A DNA stretch of 64,000 nucleotides from positions 2,572,588 to 2,636,587 of the forward strand of contig OZ242337.1 in NCBI GenBank assembly GCA_965208435.1, given 5' to 3'. Shown piece by piece: positions 53,338 to 62,610 of this stretch. The translations under genes and the position numbers were made by a program. The DNA is from Candidatus Aldehydirespiratoraceae bacterium (GTDB lineage: Bacteria; Actinomycetota; Acidimicrobiia; Acidimicrobiales; Aldehydirespiratoraceae). Below the pieces are notes generated by a model. That model did no database searches. It worked only from the letters and a program-made list of their open reading frames with translations, and had not been told where the DNA came from. Numbering within the stretch: the stretch's first letter is position 1; each line of letters begins with the position of its first letter.

Positions 53338-55013
53338 CCCTGATCGTTCATGGGGGTGTTGAGGTTGGGGTGTGCGCGTCCGCGGAAAAGCCCCTTTGAT
53401 GTGGGACGATGTGTGTTGGGAAGCACATGTGGGTTCCACAGAAAGGGGCATCTCCGAGATGCAGGTTAGCAGCACTTGTGATGTGAGGGTGACAGGGGGC
53501 GGTGGGCAGGTCGCGGCGCATGCGGGTTTGTTCGCGTTGGGGCGTTTCGCTGACGGTTTGGGTTTGGGGGAGGCGTTGTCGGCGGTGGTGCCGGTGTCTG
53601 GTGAGCGGGCGCCGGTCCATGACCGGGGCAAGGTGTTGGTGCATTTGTTGTTGATGCTCGCCGGGGGTGGGGAGGCGTGCGCGGATATTGAGCATCTGCG
53701 GGCTCAGCCGGTGCTGTTTGGGGAGGTGGCGTCTGATTCGACTCTGTACCGCACACTGCGGGGCTTGGGCCCTGATGTGGTGGGGGGACTGGCTGGGGCG
53801 GTGGCTGGTGTGCGCGCGGGGGTGTGGGAGCGCCGCGGTGATGTGTCGGGGTCGTCTCCGGTGGTTTTGGATATCGACTCGACGCTGGTGGAGGTGCATT
53901 CTGAGAACAAGGCCGAAGCGGCGGCGCATTTCAAGGGCGGGTTCGGGTTCCATCCGATGCTGTGTGCTACCGACGATGGTGAGATGCTGTCGATCAAGCT
54001 GCGTGCGGGCAACGCAGCCGCGAACTCGATAGCAGACCATATAGAGGTCCTCGACGCTGCTGTGGCGCAGCTCCCCGCAGCGGTCGCCGCGGGGCACCGC
54101 GAACACGACGACACGGTGCCTCTCAGGCGGGTGCAGTTGCGTGTGGACTCCGCGGGCTGTTCTGCACGTATCGCCGCGGCTTGCCGGGACCGCAACATCG
54201 AGTTCTTCATGACAGCACGCTCCAACAACCAGGTGGAGGCGGCTATCGACCACAACCGCATCGACCCGGACAAATGGCAGTCCGCCCTCGACGCGAAAGG
54301 CGAACCCGCCGAACGCGCCCAGGTCGCGGACCTCACCCATTTCGTCGATCTCTCCGACTGGCCCGACGCGACCCGTTTCATCGCTTGCCGCGAGCCCCGC
54401 CACCCCGGCGCCCAAAGGACCCTGTTCGACTCCGACACCTGGCGCTACCGCGGGTTCTACACCGACGCCGCAGGCGACCCCGCCGAACTCGACGCCCACC
54501 ACAGAGCCCACGCCCGCATCGAGAACACCATCGCCGACCTCAAAGACTCCGGCCTGGCCCGCATGCCCTTCAGCGACTTCGACGCCAACACCGCCTGGGC
54601 CGCGATGGTCGCGTTCAGCTCGACGCTGGTGAAATGGTTCCAACAACTCCGCCTCGACGGACCCCTCGCCAACGCCTCCCCCAAACGCCTCCGCTGGCAG
54701 CTATGGCACGCACCCGCGAGACTCGTGCGGTCCTCACGCAAATGGACCCTGCGCCTGCTCCACTGGTGGCCAACAACACCACAACTCCTCCACGCCTGCC
54801 GCCCCGGCGCCCCATAAACACACCCCCCACCCCGACCCGACACGGCCTGATTCACCCCGACCCGACACGCCCCAACACACCCCAACACGCCTGACCAGAC
54901 CCCAAAACACCCGCCCGCGAACCCCACGCCCCCCAACCCCGAAACCCCAACCCCGAAACCACACCAAAACACGCACACCCAACCCGATCACAAATACTCG
55001 TGAACGATCAGGG
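53338..55013 (+). mobile_element. IS1380-family insertion sequence (1676 bp), distinct from the copy at 28091
   Basis: It has perfect 13-bp terminal inverted repeats, ccctgatcgttca (53338) and tgaacgatcaggg (55001-55013). The TTAG target duplication lies at 53334-53337 and 55014-55017. There is a C/A-rich tail after the transposase stop. Confidence 0.9.
53459..54817 (+). CDS. IS1380-family DDE transposase
   Basis: The start is taken at MQVSST. It shows the same family-like layout as 28279..29592 (..AHAGL..L.....LGL...) but the sequence is clearly different. Confidence 0.8.
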   Translation: MQVSSTCDVRVTGGGGQVAAHAGLFALGRFADGLGLGEALSAVVPVSGERAPVHDRGKVLVHLLLMLAGGGEACADIEHLRAQPVLFGEVASDSTLYRTLRGLGPDVVGGLAGAVAGVRAGVWERRGDVSGSSPVVLDIDSTLVEVHSENKAEAAAHFKGGFGFHPMLCATDDGEMLSIKLRAGNAAANSIADHIEVLDAAVAQLPAAVAAGHREHDDTVPLRRVQLRVDSAGCSARIAAACRDRNIEFFMTARSNNQVEAAIDHNRIDPDKWQSALDAKGEPAERAQVADLTHFVDLSDWPDATRFIACREPRHPGAQRTLFDSDTWRYRGFYTDAAGDPAELDAHHRAHARIENTIADLKDSGLARMPFSDFDANTAWAAMVAFSSTLVKWFQQLRLDGPLANASPKRLRWQLWHAPARLVRSSRKWTLRLLHWWPTTPQLLHACRPGAP

Positions 55014-55116
55014 TTAGAGAACTGGGTTCTGATACCTGCCTGAAAGGTGCAACGCAAGCCGCTGTCAGCAAAGTTACAAGGAATATTGATAGGATACTGA
55101 ATTGACGAGAATACAT
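55014..55116 (-). pseudogene. displaced 5' fragment (signal peptide/lipobox) of protease copy A
   Basis: It encodes MYSRQFSILSIFLVTLLTAACVAPFRQVSEPSSL. This joins seamlessly to TASEIF... at 53337 once the IS and one TTAG are removed. Confidence 0.85.
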
Positions 55117-55448
55117 TAAAAAGCCTATGCGGGTTTGTCTCAACATTCTGGAATGTGGCTCAATCTACCGACGATTCCCACTATCCAACCAACGACATCA
55201 ACAAACGTGGACAACATTTGGTGCTGGAATGCTCCGCCCGTGTGCTGTTCGGCGCGGTGTGGGGCGAGCTCCGAGTCCTTCGCCGTCTCGGCCCCTCAGC
55301 TTGAGTCGCCCAACGCGGCAGCGAATGCGGCGGCCGCGGCATGAACGTCGTTGTCCCTACGACGAACCGCCCACGGCTTCACCAACCCCACCAACTACGC
55401 CGCCCGAGGACTCCTACAACATGACCCGCAACTGATCCAGCAACCCAC

Positions 55449-55584
55449 ATTCCACGTTTACGCGCAGGGCCCGAAATTCAACACCACCGGCGCTGGCGTG
55501 ACCATCGATGAGGGCGGCCGCGTGCTCTTCAGCACGATGTACGGCAAGACCCGAATTCTGCGAGGTCCCGGCCCCACAGCCTGA
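55449..55584 (+). pseudogene. duplicated 3' fragment of the 49949..51514 gene
   Basis: FHVYAQGPKFNTTGAGVTIDEGGRVLFSTMYGKTRILRGPGPTA matches FHFVVGGSKFNTTGAGVTIDEDGRVLFGTMYGKARILRGPGPTA. Confidence 0.8.
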
Positions 55585-55609
55585 GTCGCCCAGCCCCTTA
55601 CGCGCGGAC

Positions 55610-57526
55610 TCAATTTCTGTCTCTCTGGTAGTCGATAATGAAGTCATCCAGTATCTGTGCGATTTCCTCAGAGGTGGAGGGAGTGGCTTCGCCGTCCGGC
55701 AGCGAAATGGAGAAGACAAGGCCTGCGAGGTCCTCCCTCTGGAATAGAATGAGGTGAACTCGCACGTACCCGTCCGGAAGTTCAAGGTCGTACTGGTAAC
55801 CCAGCGCTTTCTGCCCGATTGATTGCACATCGAACGTTCCAGTTTCGATTTCCTCCGAGAATTCCGGGCTAGAGAAGAAACCAGGGAAAACAAGCGATGG
55901 AGGCAAGTCTTCGTAAGTCATTTGGAGATCTTCATCGGAGTCTGCAACACCAACTATCAGAAATTTGAATGGGTCGAGGCTCAGAAGATTGAGTGCGTTG
56001 TTCAAGTAAGTGGTTAGTTCCAAGCCAAATATCGACATACCTGACATACCTATCAGATCAATTTCATCAAATTGTTCGTGTAAATTAAGGGCTGCCCGTA
56101 CAAGGTCCGGATCCAATGCCCAAGGGAATCCGGATTCTAGTTCAGAGTCTTCTTCGTCTGCTTCCGAAACCTCCAAAGTGTATCCGCCCGGATCTAGATT
56201 GTAGCTGCCAATGCTAACAAGGAATGTACCTGAATGGGGAGCGCGGTAGATGGCCAGATCCTCGCTCTGGTAGAGCCCGGAAGCGCCGTCATCTACAAAG
56301 AAAGTTTCCGACTCGTGAGCGCCGGGGGAAGTTATTTCAAGATATGTATCGAGAATTAGGGTGGTCGTCGCTATCTGCACCGTCTGATCAGCACGAAGGT
56401 GAATGGAATATGTATCAACATCCTCGATGTAATCGAATGTACCTTCAACGGTTTGACCGATTCGCAGTTCTGTCCCATCCTCAGAATCAGGTATCGGTAT
56501 CAATGCGTGCGAGGCTGTAACTGTGAAACCATTTGAATCTGGCTCTTCACGCGCATTGCTCACAACTACGAAATACGGCTCTCGGTATCGAACATCGAAT
56601 GTTGCAATTGCCGTGTCAGACTCTTCACTATTATATTCTACTGGAGGGCTAAACACCGGATCCGAATAGTTGTGGATTACTAAACTCGGAACGCCCTCAC
56701 TTTCGACCGTGATATCTACTTCTGTTCCGACAGGCTCCTGGATCATGTATACCTTCGTGTCCAAGCTCCCAGCAAGAGTTCCGTCGTGGCGCATGCCGAC
56801 TATATGAGACAGCCACGATGCTGTGTCTGAGGGGTCATTGCCAGAAATGATACGCTCGATCCGTGGAAGAACGTTGGTCGATACCAGGGCCAAACTGTAG
56901 GCGTCCGATCCGAACGTTACGAGCCCGACAATCTCGCCAGTATCGGAGACCATCACCCCGCCGCTATTCCCTCCTTCTATCTCAGCAGAGGTCTTAATGT
57001 AGACAATACCTGTCTCCGGCCATTCAAGATATCGTGCCACCATTCCGCTTGTGAACACAGGTTGTGGTGGATCTGCATGTGGGGGAGTGTAGCCGATCGT
57101 ATAGATGTCTGAACCGATTGCCGGGGCAGCAGCGGAGGACAGGACAACCGGTTCAATCGGGACGTCTATGGGACCTAACACTGCAATATCTGCCAGCAAA
57201 TCCTGGCCGATCACTGGGACACTATCTAGTTTTGTTCCATTCGAGAATGACACTGTTAAGTTCATGTAAGGATACGCAACATGGGCATTGGTGATCAAAT
57301 AGCCCCCTTCAATAAGAAATCCGGATCCGTGCGGGCCTCCATCTTCAGTTCTGATGGATGCAACCGCCGGGGAAACCGTTGCGAAAATCTCAGACGCGGT
57401 TAGAGAACTGGGTTCTGGTTCTTGCGGTGAACTGGGTTCTGGTACCTGCGGTGAAAGTTCGGCGCAAGCCGCTGTCAGCAAGGTTACAAGGAATATTGAT
57501 AGGATATTGAATTTACGATAAGACAT
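55610..57526 (-). CDS. trypsin-like serine protease lipoprotein with PPC-like domains, copy B (intact)
   Basis: The start is taken at MSYRKFNILSIFLVTLLTAAC (lipobox). It has a Trypsin_2-like domain (NAHVAYPY, GNSGGVMVSDTGEIVGLVTFG) and a PPC-like segment (GQTVEGTFDYIEDVDTYSIHLRADQTVQI). The C-terminal domain of about 190 aa is unassigned. Confidence 0.8.
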   Translation of the reverse strand: MSYRKFNILSIFLVTLLTAACAELSPQVPEPSSPQEPEPSSLTASEIFATVSPAVASIRTEDGGPHGSGFLIEGGYLITNAHVAYPYMNLTVSFSNGTKLDSVPVIGQDLLADIAVLGPIDVPIEPVVLSSAAAPAIGSDIYTIGYTPPHADPPQPVFTSGMVARYLEWPETGIVYIKTSAEIEGGNSGGVMVSDTGEIVGLVTFGSDAYSLALVSTNVLPRIERIISGNDPSDTASWLSHIVGMRHDGTLAGSLDTKVYMIQEPVGTEVDITVESEGVPSLVIHNYSDPVFSPPVEYNSEESDTAIATFDVRYREPYFVVVSNAREEPDSNGFTVTASHALIPIPDSEDGTELRIGQTVEGTFDYIEDVDTYSIHLRADQTVQIATTTLILDTYLEITSPGAHESETFFVDDGASGLYQSEDLAIYRAPHSGTFLVSIGSYNLDPGGYTLEVSEADEEDSELESGFPWALDPDLVRAALNLHEQFDEIDLIGMSGMSIFGLELTTYLNNALNLLSLDPFKFLIVGVADSDEDLQMTYEDLPPSLVFPGFFSSPEFSEEIETGTFDVQSIGQKALGYQYDLELPDGYVRVHLILFQREDLAGLVFSISLPDGEATPSTSEEIAQILDDFIIDYQRDRN

Positions 57527-57730
57527 TGAAGAGCCTATACGGGTTTGTTTCAATATTCTGAGATGTGGCTCAACCTACCGACGGTTTCCCACTATCCAAC
57601 CAACAACATCAACAAACGTGGATTATATCGTGGATTATATCGTGGATAATATTTAGTGCTGGAATGCTGCGCCCGCGTGCTGTTCGGCGCGGTGTGGGGC
57701 GAGGCCCGAGTCCTTCGCCGTCTCGGCCCC

Positions 57731-58801
57731 TCAGCTTGAGTCGCCCAACGCGGCGGCGAATGTTACGCCCGCGGCATGAACGTCGTCGTCGCTGATGCCG
57801 AGGTGGGTGACGAGTCTCGTGCCGACCACCTGCGCATAAGAGCTCGACCCCTTGTGGTCCCTGGTCCTCAGCACGTCGCAGAGCACGCCACGGTCTGCCA
57901 GACGCTGCTGGAGATCGCTGCCGGCGCCGTCAATGGAGATGAACATCATGTTGGTGTTGACGGCGTTCACCTCGATCCCGTCGATGTCGGCCAGAGCCGC
58001 CGCCAACAGCGCTGCCCGAGCGTGATCGTCGGCAAGTCGGCCCACGTTGTTCTCCAGGGCGTAGATGCCCGCAGCAGCCAGCACCCCGGCCTGTCTCAGG
58101 CCGCCGCCGAGCATCTTGCGCCACTTCCGGGCCTCATCGATCAGCGTACGCGGGCCGCTGAGAAGCGATCCGGCGGGAGCCCCGAGTCCTTTCGACAGGC
58201 ACATCGAGACGGTGTCGCAACCGGCGACCAACTCCGCACCCGAGATGCCCAGTTCAACGCAGGCATTCCACATGCGCGCACCGTCGAGGTGCACGCTGAG
58301 GCCAGCGTCGCGCGCCACCTTGATCGCCTCGTCCATACGTTGCGGTGACTGCACCATCCCGTTCTTGGTGTTCTCGAGGCACAGCAGTCGAGTGCGGGCG
58401 AAGTGGGTGTCGTCGGGTTTGACGGCGGCCGCGACCGCCTCGGGGCTGGGAAGGCCGTCGGTCTCCGTCGCTACGGGCTGAGGCGCTATCCCACCGAGCA
58501 CCGCGCCACCTCCGGCCTCCAGCCGGAACGTGTGGGAACTGTCGCCGGCGATGTATTCGTCGCCACGTCCGCAGTGGGCCAGCAGGGCACACAGGTTGGA
58601 CTGTGTTCCGCTGGTCACGAACAGGGAGGCCTCTTTGCCGAGCCGTTCCGCGACCATGGCCTCGAGGCGGTTCACAGTAGGGTCGTCGCCGAAGACGTCA
58701 TCGCCCACGTCGGCGGCCGCGATCGCCCGGCGCATCTCCTCGGTGGGTCGGGTCACTGTGTCTGAACGAAGGTCGATCATCACGCCATCCTTCGGGGTCA
58801 T
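57731..58801 (-). CDS. ltaE: low-specificity L-threonine aldolase
   Basis: It has DLRSDTVTRPT...VGDDVFGDDPT. Its start overlaps the valS stop (ATGA at 58798-58801). Confidence 0.85.
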   Translation of the reverse strand: MTPKDGVMIDLRSDTVTRPTEEMRRAIAAADVGDDVFGDDPTVNRLEAMVAERLGKEASLFVTSGTQSNLCALLAHCGRGDEYIAGDSSHTFRLEAGGGAVLGGIAPQPVATETDGLPSPEAVAAAVKPDDTHFARTRLLCLENTKNGMVQSPQRMDEAIKVARDAGLSVHLDGARMWNACVELGISGAELVAGCDTVSMCLSKGLGAPAGSLLSGPRTLIDEARKWRKMLGGGLRQAGVLAAAGIYALENNVGRLADDHARAALLAAALADIDGIEVNAVNTNMMFISIDGAGSDLQQRLADRGVLCDVLRTRDHKGSSSYAQVVGTRLVTHLGISDDDVHAAGVTFAAALGDSS

Positions 58802-61485
58802 TCCGGCAGTTCGGGTTCGAGCTCTGCGCTGACGCTGATCTCGCTGCTGTCAGCGACTGTGCTGGGGCCCACCGTGAGGATCACGCCGGCAGCTTTCACG
58901 TCGTCGATCACCGTGTCGAGCATTGCCAACTGCTCGGTGCTGCCAGCGAAGGCCGCCGACAATACGGGGGTGCGCAGTTTGCGTTTGTTCTCCGACTTGG
59001 TGCGGCGCACAACGCTGAGAGCGTCTGCCGCGACACCGCTGGTCTGTGCGCCGACACCACCCGCCGCCGCTCGCAGGCTGTCGCTGGAGGGCCAGTCGGC
59101 AGCGTGTACCGAGCCTTCATGCCACCAACTCCAGACCTCCTCGGTGACGAAGGGCAGAAAGGGGGCGAACATTCGCTGCATCGTCGACAGGGCGAATCGG
59201 AGGGCGTGGCGAGCCGAATCGGCGCGCTCCTCACCGTATTCGCCGTAGGCACGGGCTTTCACGAGCTCCAGATAGTTGTCGGTGAACCACCAGAAGAACG
59301 CTTCGGTCCGTTCCAGGGCCCTGGCGTAGTCGAAGCGCTCGAAGGCATCGGTGGCATCGTCGACGAGACCGGCGAGCCGGTCCAGCATTGAACGGTCGAG
59401 GGGCTCGCTGATCCTGGCCGGATCACAGTCATCGGAGCCGTCGGCAGCGGAGCTATTGGTATCGGTCAGAGCATCGGCATCGGCAGCTCCGGAGTCGGCT
59501 GCGCCGGCGGCATCTGCTGCATCGGCTGCGCCGAATCTGAGAGTGAACTTCGAGGCGTTCAGAAGCTTGATCGCCAGGCGTCGACCGATTTTCATCTGGC
59601 CCTGATCGAAGGCGGTGTCAGTGCCGGGGCGCCCCGATGAGGCCCAGTAGCGGACGGCATCGGCGCCGTACTGCTCCAACAGGTCGGTCGGCACGACAAC
59701 GTTGCCCTTCGACTTCGACATCTTCTTGCGGTCGGGATCAAGGATCCAGCCCGAGAGAGCGGCGTTGCGCCAGGGAGCGGTGCCAGCGTCGAAATGGGCC
59801 CGGACCACAGTGGAGAACAGCCAGGTGCGGATGATGTCGTGCGCCTGGGGCCGAACGTCCATGGGGAACGTCGCCGCGTAGAGGTCGGCGTCGGTCCTCC
59901 AACCGGTGGCGATCTGGGGAGTGAGCGAGGATGTGGCCCAGGTGTCCATCACGTCGACCTCGCCCACGAAACCGTTCGGTTGATCCCTCTGGGCCTCGGA
60001 GAAGCCGTCGGGCACATCGGTCGAGGGGTCGACCGGGAGCTGATCGGGGCGCGGCGTGATCGGCTGTCCCCAGACCGGTTCACCATCGGTGTCGAGGCGG
60101 TACCAGAGCGGGAGCGGCACCCCGAAGAAGCGCTGCCGGCTGATCAGCCAGTCTCCGTTGAGGCCCTCGATCCAGTTCGTGAAACGGGCCTGCATGTAGT
60201 CCGGAACCCAGTTGATCTCGTCGCCGCGGGCCACCAGGGCCTCGCGAAGATCCTCGTCGCGGCCGCCGTTGCGGATGTACCACTGACGGCTCGCAACGAT
60301 CTCGAGCGGTTTGTCGCCCTTCTCGAAGAACTTCACGGGATGGGTGATCGGGCGCGGTTCGCCCTGCAGGTCTCCAGACTCCACAAGGAGCTGCACCATC
60401 TCCTGTTGCGCCTGGGCGACGCGTTTGCCTGCCAGCCGCGCATAGGCCGCGGAGGCATCAGGTGTGGTGAGCCACTCCGGGGTCTCGCCTGCGAAACGGC
60501 CGTCACGGCCGATGACCGTGCGCACGGGGAGGTCGAGCTCCCGCCACCAGGTCACGTCGGTGGTGTCGCCGAAGGTGCAGATCATGGCGATCCCGGTGCC
60601 CTTGTCGGGGTCCGCGAGGTGGTGGGGGTGAACGGGAAGCTCAACACCGAAGACCGGACTCACTACCGTGACACCGTCGAACAGTGGCTGGTAACGCTGG
60701 TCGTCCGGGTGAGCGACCAGGGCGACGCAGGAGGGAACCAGCTCCGGGCGCGTGGTGTCGATCCAGACCGCCTTGCCGCCGTCGGACCGTGCGAAGCGGA
60801 GCTTGTGATAGGCGCCGGGAACCTCCTTGTCCTCCAACTCAGCCTGAGCCACTGCGGTCTGGAAGGTCACGTCCCAAAGCGATGGAGCCTCGAGGAGGTA
60901 GGCCTCACCGCGTGCGAGGTTGTCGAGGAAGGCGAGTTGGCTGACCCTTCGGCAGTGGTCGTTGATGGTCGTGTACGTGCGGGTCCAGTCGACCGACAGT
61001 CCCAGGAGTCGGAACAGCTGCTCGAAGACCTTCTCGTCCTCGCCGGTCAGTTCCAGGCACAGCTCGATGAAGTTGGGACGGCTGACTGCGAGCGGGCGGC
61101 GCTTCGACACTGCCTTGGGATCGCCGGCGTCGGCGGGTGCGGTGAAATCGGGGTCGTAGCGGAGCGACGGGTCGCACACCACCCCGTAGTAGTTCTGCAC
61201 ACGACGTTCAGTTGGGAGGCCGTTGTCGTCCCAGCCCATGGGATAGAAGACCTCGCGGCCGGCCATGCGCTGGTAGCGGGCGATGGTGTCGGTGTGGGTG
61301 TAGCTGAAGACGTGACCGACGTGCAGCGACCCGCTCACCGTCGGAGGCGGCGTGTCGATCGAGAAGACTTCATCACGCGGCTTGGCGGGATCGAAGTGGT
61401 AGATCCCGGTTCGATCCCAGACGGCATCCCACTTCTTTTCGAGGCCGACCAGGTCCGGTTTCTCGGGAAGTCGCAGCGTAGCCAT
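58798..61485 (-). CDS. valS: valine--tRNA ligase
   Basis: It has the HIGH-type motif SGSLHVGHVFSYTH and KMSKSKGN. The start is taken at MATLRLPEKP. There is an Ala/Asp-rich insertion near the C-terminal domain. Confidence 0.95.
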   Translation of the reverse strand: MATLRLPEKPDLVGLEKKWDAVWDRTGIYHFDPAKPRDEVFSIDTPPPTVSGSLHVGHVFSYTHTDTIARYQRMAGREVFYPMGWDDNGLPTERRVQNYYGVVCDPSLRYDPDFTAPADAGDPKAVSKRRPLAVSRPNFIELCLELTGEDEKVFEQLFRLLGLSVDWTRTYTTINDHCRRVSQLAFLDNLARGEAYLLEAPSLWDVTFQTAVAQAELEDKEVPGAYHKLRFARSDGGKAVWIDTTRPELVPSCVALVAHPDDQRYQPLFDGVTVVSPVFGVELPVHPHHLADPDKGTGIAMICTFGDTTDVTWWRELDLPVRTVIGRDGRFAGETPEWLTTPDASAAYARLAGKRVAQAQQEMVQLLVESGDLQGEPRPITHPVKFFEKGDKPLEIVASRQWYIRNGGRDEDLREALVARGDEINWVPDYMQARFTNWIEGLNGDWLISRQRFFGVPLPLWYRLDTDGEPVWGQPITPRPDQLPVDPSTDVPDGFSEAQRDQPNGFVGEVDVMDTWATSSLTPQIATGWRTDADLYAATFPMDVRPQAHDIIRTWLFSTVVRAHFDAGTAPWRNAALSGWILDPDRKKMSKSKGNVVVPTDLLEQYGADAVRYWASSGRPGTDTAFDQGQMKIGRRLAIKLLNASKFTLRFGAADAADAAGAADSGAADADALTDTNSSAADGSDDCDPARISEPLDRSMLDRLAGLVDDATDAFERFDYARALERTEAFFWWFTDNYLELVKARAYGEYGEERADSARHALRFALSTMQRMFAPFLPFVTEEVWSWWHEGSVHAADWPSSDSLRAAAGGVGAQTSGVAADALSVVRRTKSENKRKLRTPVLSAAFAGSTEQLAMLDTVIDDVKAAGVILTVGPSTVADSSEISVSAELEPELPE

Positions 61486-61554
61486 ATGGCGCATGAGGTT
61501 ACCGCCTGTGCGCGCCCTCACACCGGTTGCGCATGCGCCGTCGGTCGGGAGCGG

Positions 61555-62466
61555 TCAGTCAGCGACCCTGGGTTGCGAAGATGCGGTGCGGTAGTCGTCG
61601 TAGGGCTCGTCGCGCTCGCTCAGCGCTGCGGTCAGACCCTTCTCCTTGATGTTGCCGATGAACCGTTTCATCGATTCGCTGTGGACACCGAGGGCGCAGA
61701 GTTCGGTACCGGCGCGGATACCGGTGCGAAGGCCCATCACCTCCATCTGGCGATGAACCACGCGTTTGTTGAGTTGAACCACATCGGTAGGGGTCTGCGT
61801 GATCCGCTCGGCGATCTTCAGCACCTCGGCCGAGAGATCCTCGGCCGGAAAGGCCTGGTTGGCCCAGCCGTGCTCGACTGCCTCAACGCCGCTGACCGAG
61901 TCGCCGGTGATCATCATCTCCATCGCCTTGCGCATTCCCATGAACCAGGCGTGGAAGTGCATGTCGGGCACGCCGAAACGGGTGGCGGGGTAGCCCATCT
62001 GGGCATCCTCGGCCACGTAGACGAGGTCACAGCAGGTGGCGAGCTCGCTGCCACCCGCCAGGCAGTATCCGTGGACCTGCGCAATGACCGGCTTGGCGAG
62101 ATCCCAGATGCTCATCCAACCCTCGGTGACATGGCGCGGCCACTGCCCCTCGCCCTGAGCGGTGAAGAACGGCAGGTCGTACCCTTCGTTGTTGCCGGCG
62201 AGGTCGTAACCGGCCGAGAACGACGGGCCGTCGCCCCGCACGATCGACACCTTGACGCTGTCGTCATCATCGGCATCGCGAAGCGCGCCGAGGATCGCGC
62301 CCCGCAGGGGGTGGATCAACGAGTTGCGTTTGTCGGCCCGATTGAAGGTGATCCTGCGGACCCCCGGAATCGGGTCGTCGAGCAGAACCCACTGGTGGTC
62401 CGCCGCGGATGGACCACCGTTGCCGGTGTCGCTCGGATTGGCCGTCTCTTGGCTGTAGTCGCTCAT
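61555..62466 (-). CDS. enoyl-CoA hydratase/isomerase (crotonase) family protein
   Basis: It has ITFNRADKRNS and crotonase-fold motifs (VHGYCLAGGSELA). Confidence 0.8.
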   Translation of the reverse strand: MSDYSQETANPSDTGNGGPSAADHQWVLLDDPIPGVRRITFNRADKRNSLIHPLRGAILGALRDADDDDSVKVSIVRGDGPSFSAGYDLAGNNEGYDLPFFTAQGEGQWPRHVTEGWMSIWDLAKPVIAQVHGYCLAGGSELATCCDLVYVAEDAQMGYPATRFGVPDMHFHAWFMGMRKAMEMMITGDSVSGVEAVEHGWANQAFPAEDLSAEVLKIAERITQTPTDVVQLNKRVVHRQMEVMGLRTGIRAGTELCALGVHSESMKRFIGNIKEKGLTAALSERDEPYDDYRTASSQPRVAD

Positions 62467-62610
62467 GGCCCGACCCTACGACGCGCGCCCCACTCCCCAA
62501 AAATCGAGCAGTCGTGGAGAGTGGTCGGGGGAGTTGTGACGAAACCACCGATCTGGGACCGGTTGAATTCTCGGGGCGGGGGGCGGGCGACTTTGTAGCC
62601 GGACTAGCCT

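Noticed and set aside
62467-62610. Possible ZTP (pfl) riboswitch upstream of folD. The fragments GUCGUG, GAAACCACCG and CCGGACUAGCCUGUGGGC resemble pieces of the consensus, and folD is a classic ZTP-regulated gene.
   Set aside because: I could not reproduce the full architecture by hand. The UGGCG pseudoknot partner and the CCGCCUGGGC 3' element are imperfect, and the P2 loop is far too large. cmsearch with Rfam RF01750 would decide. Until then it is not called.
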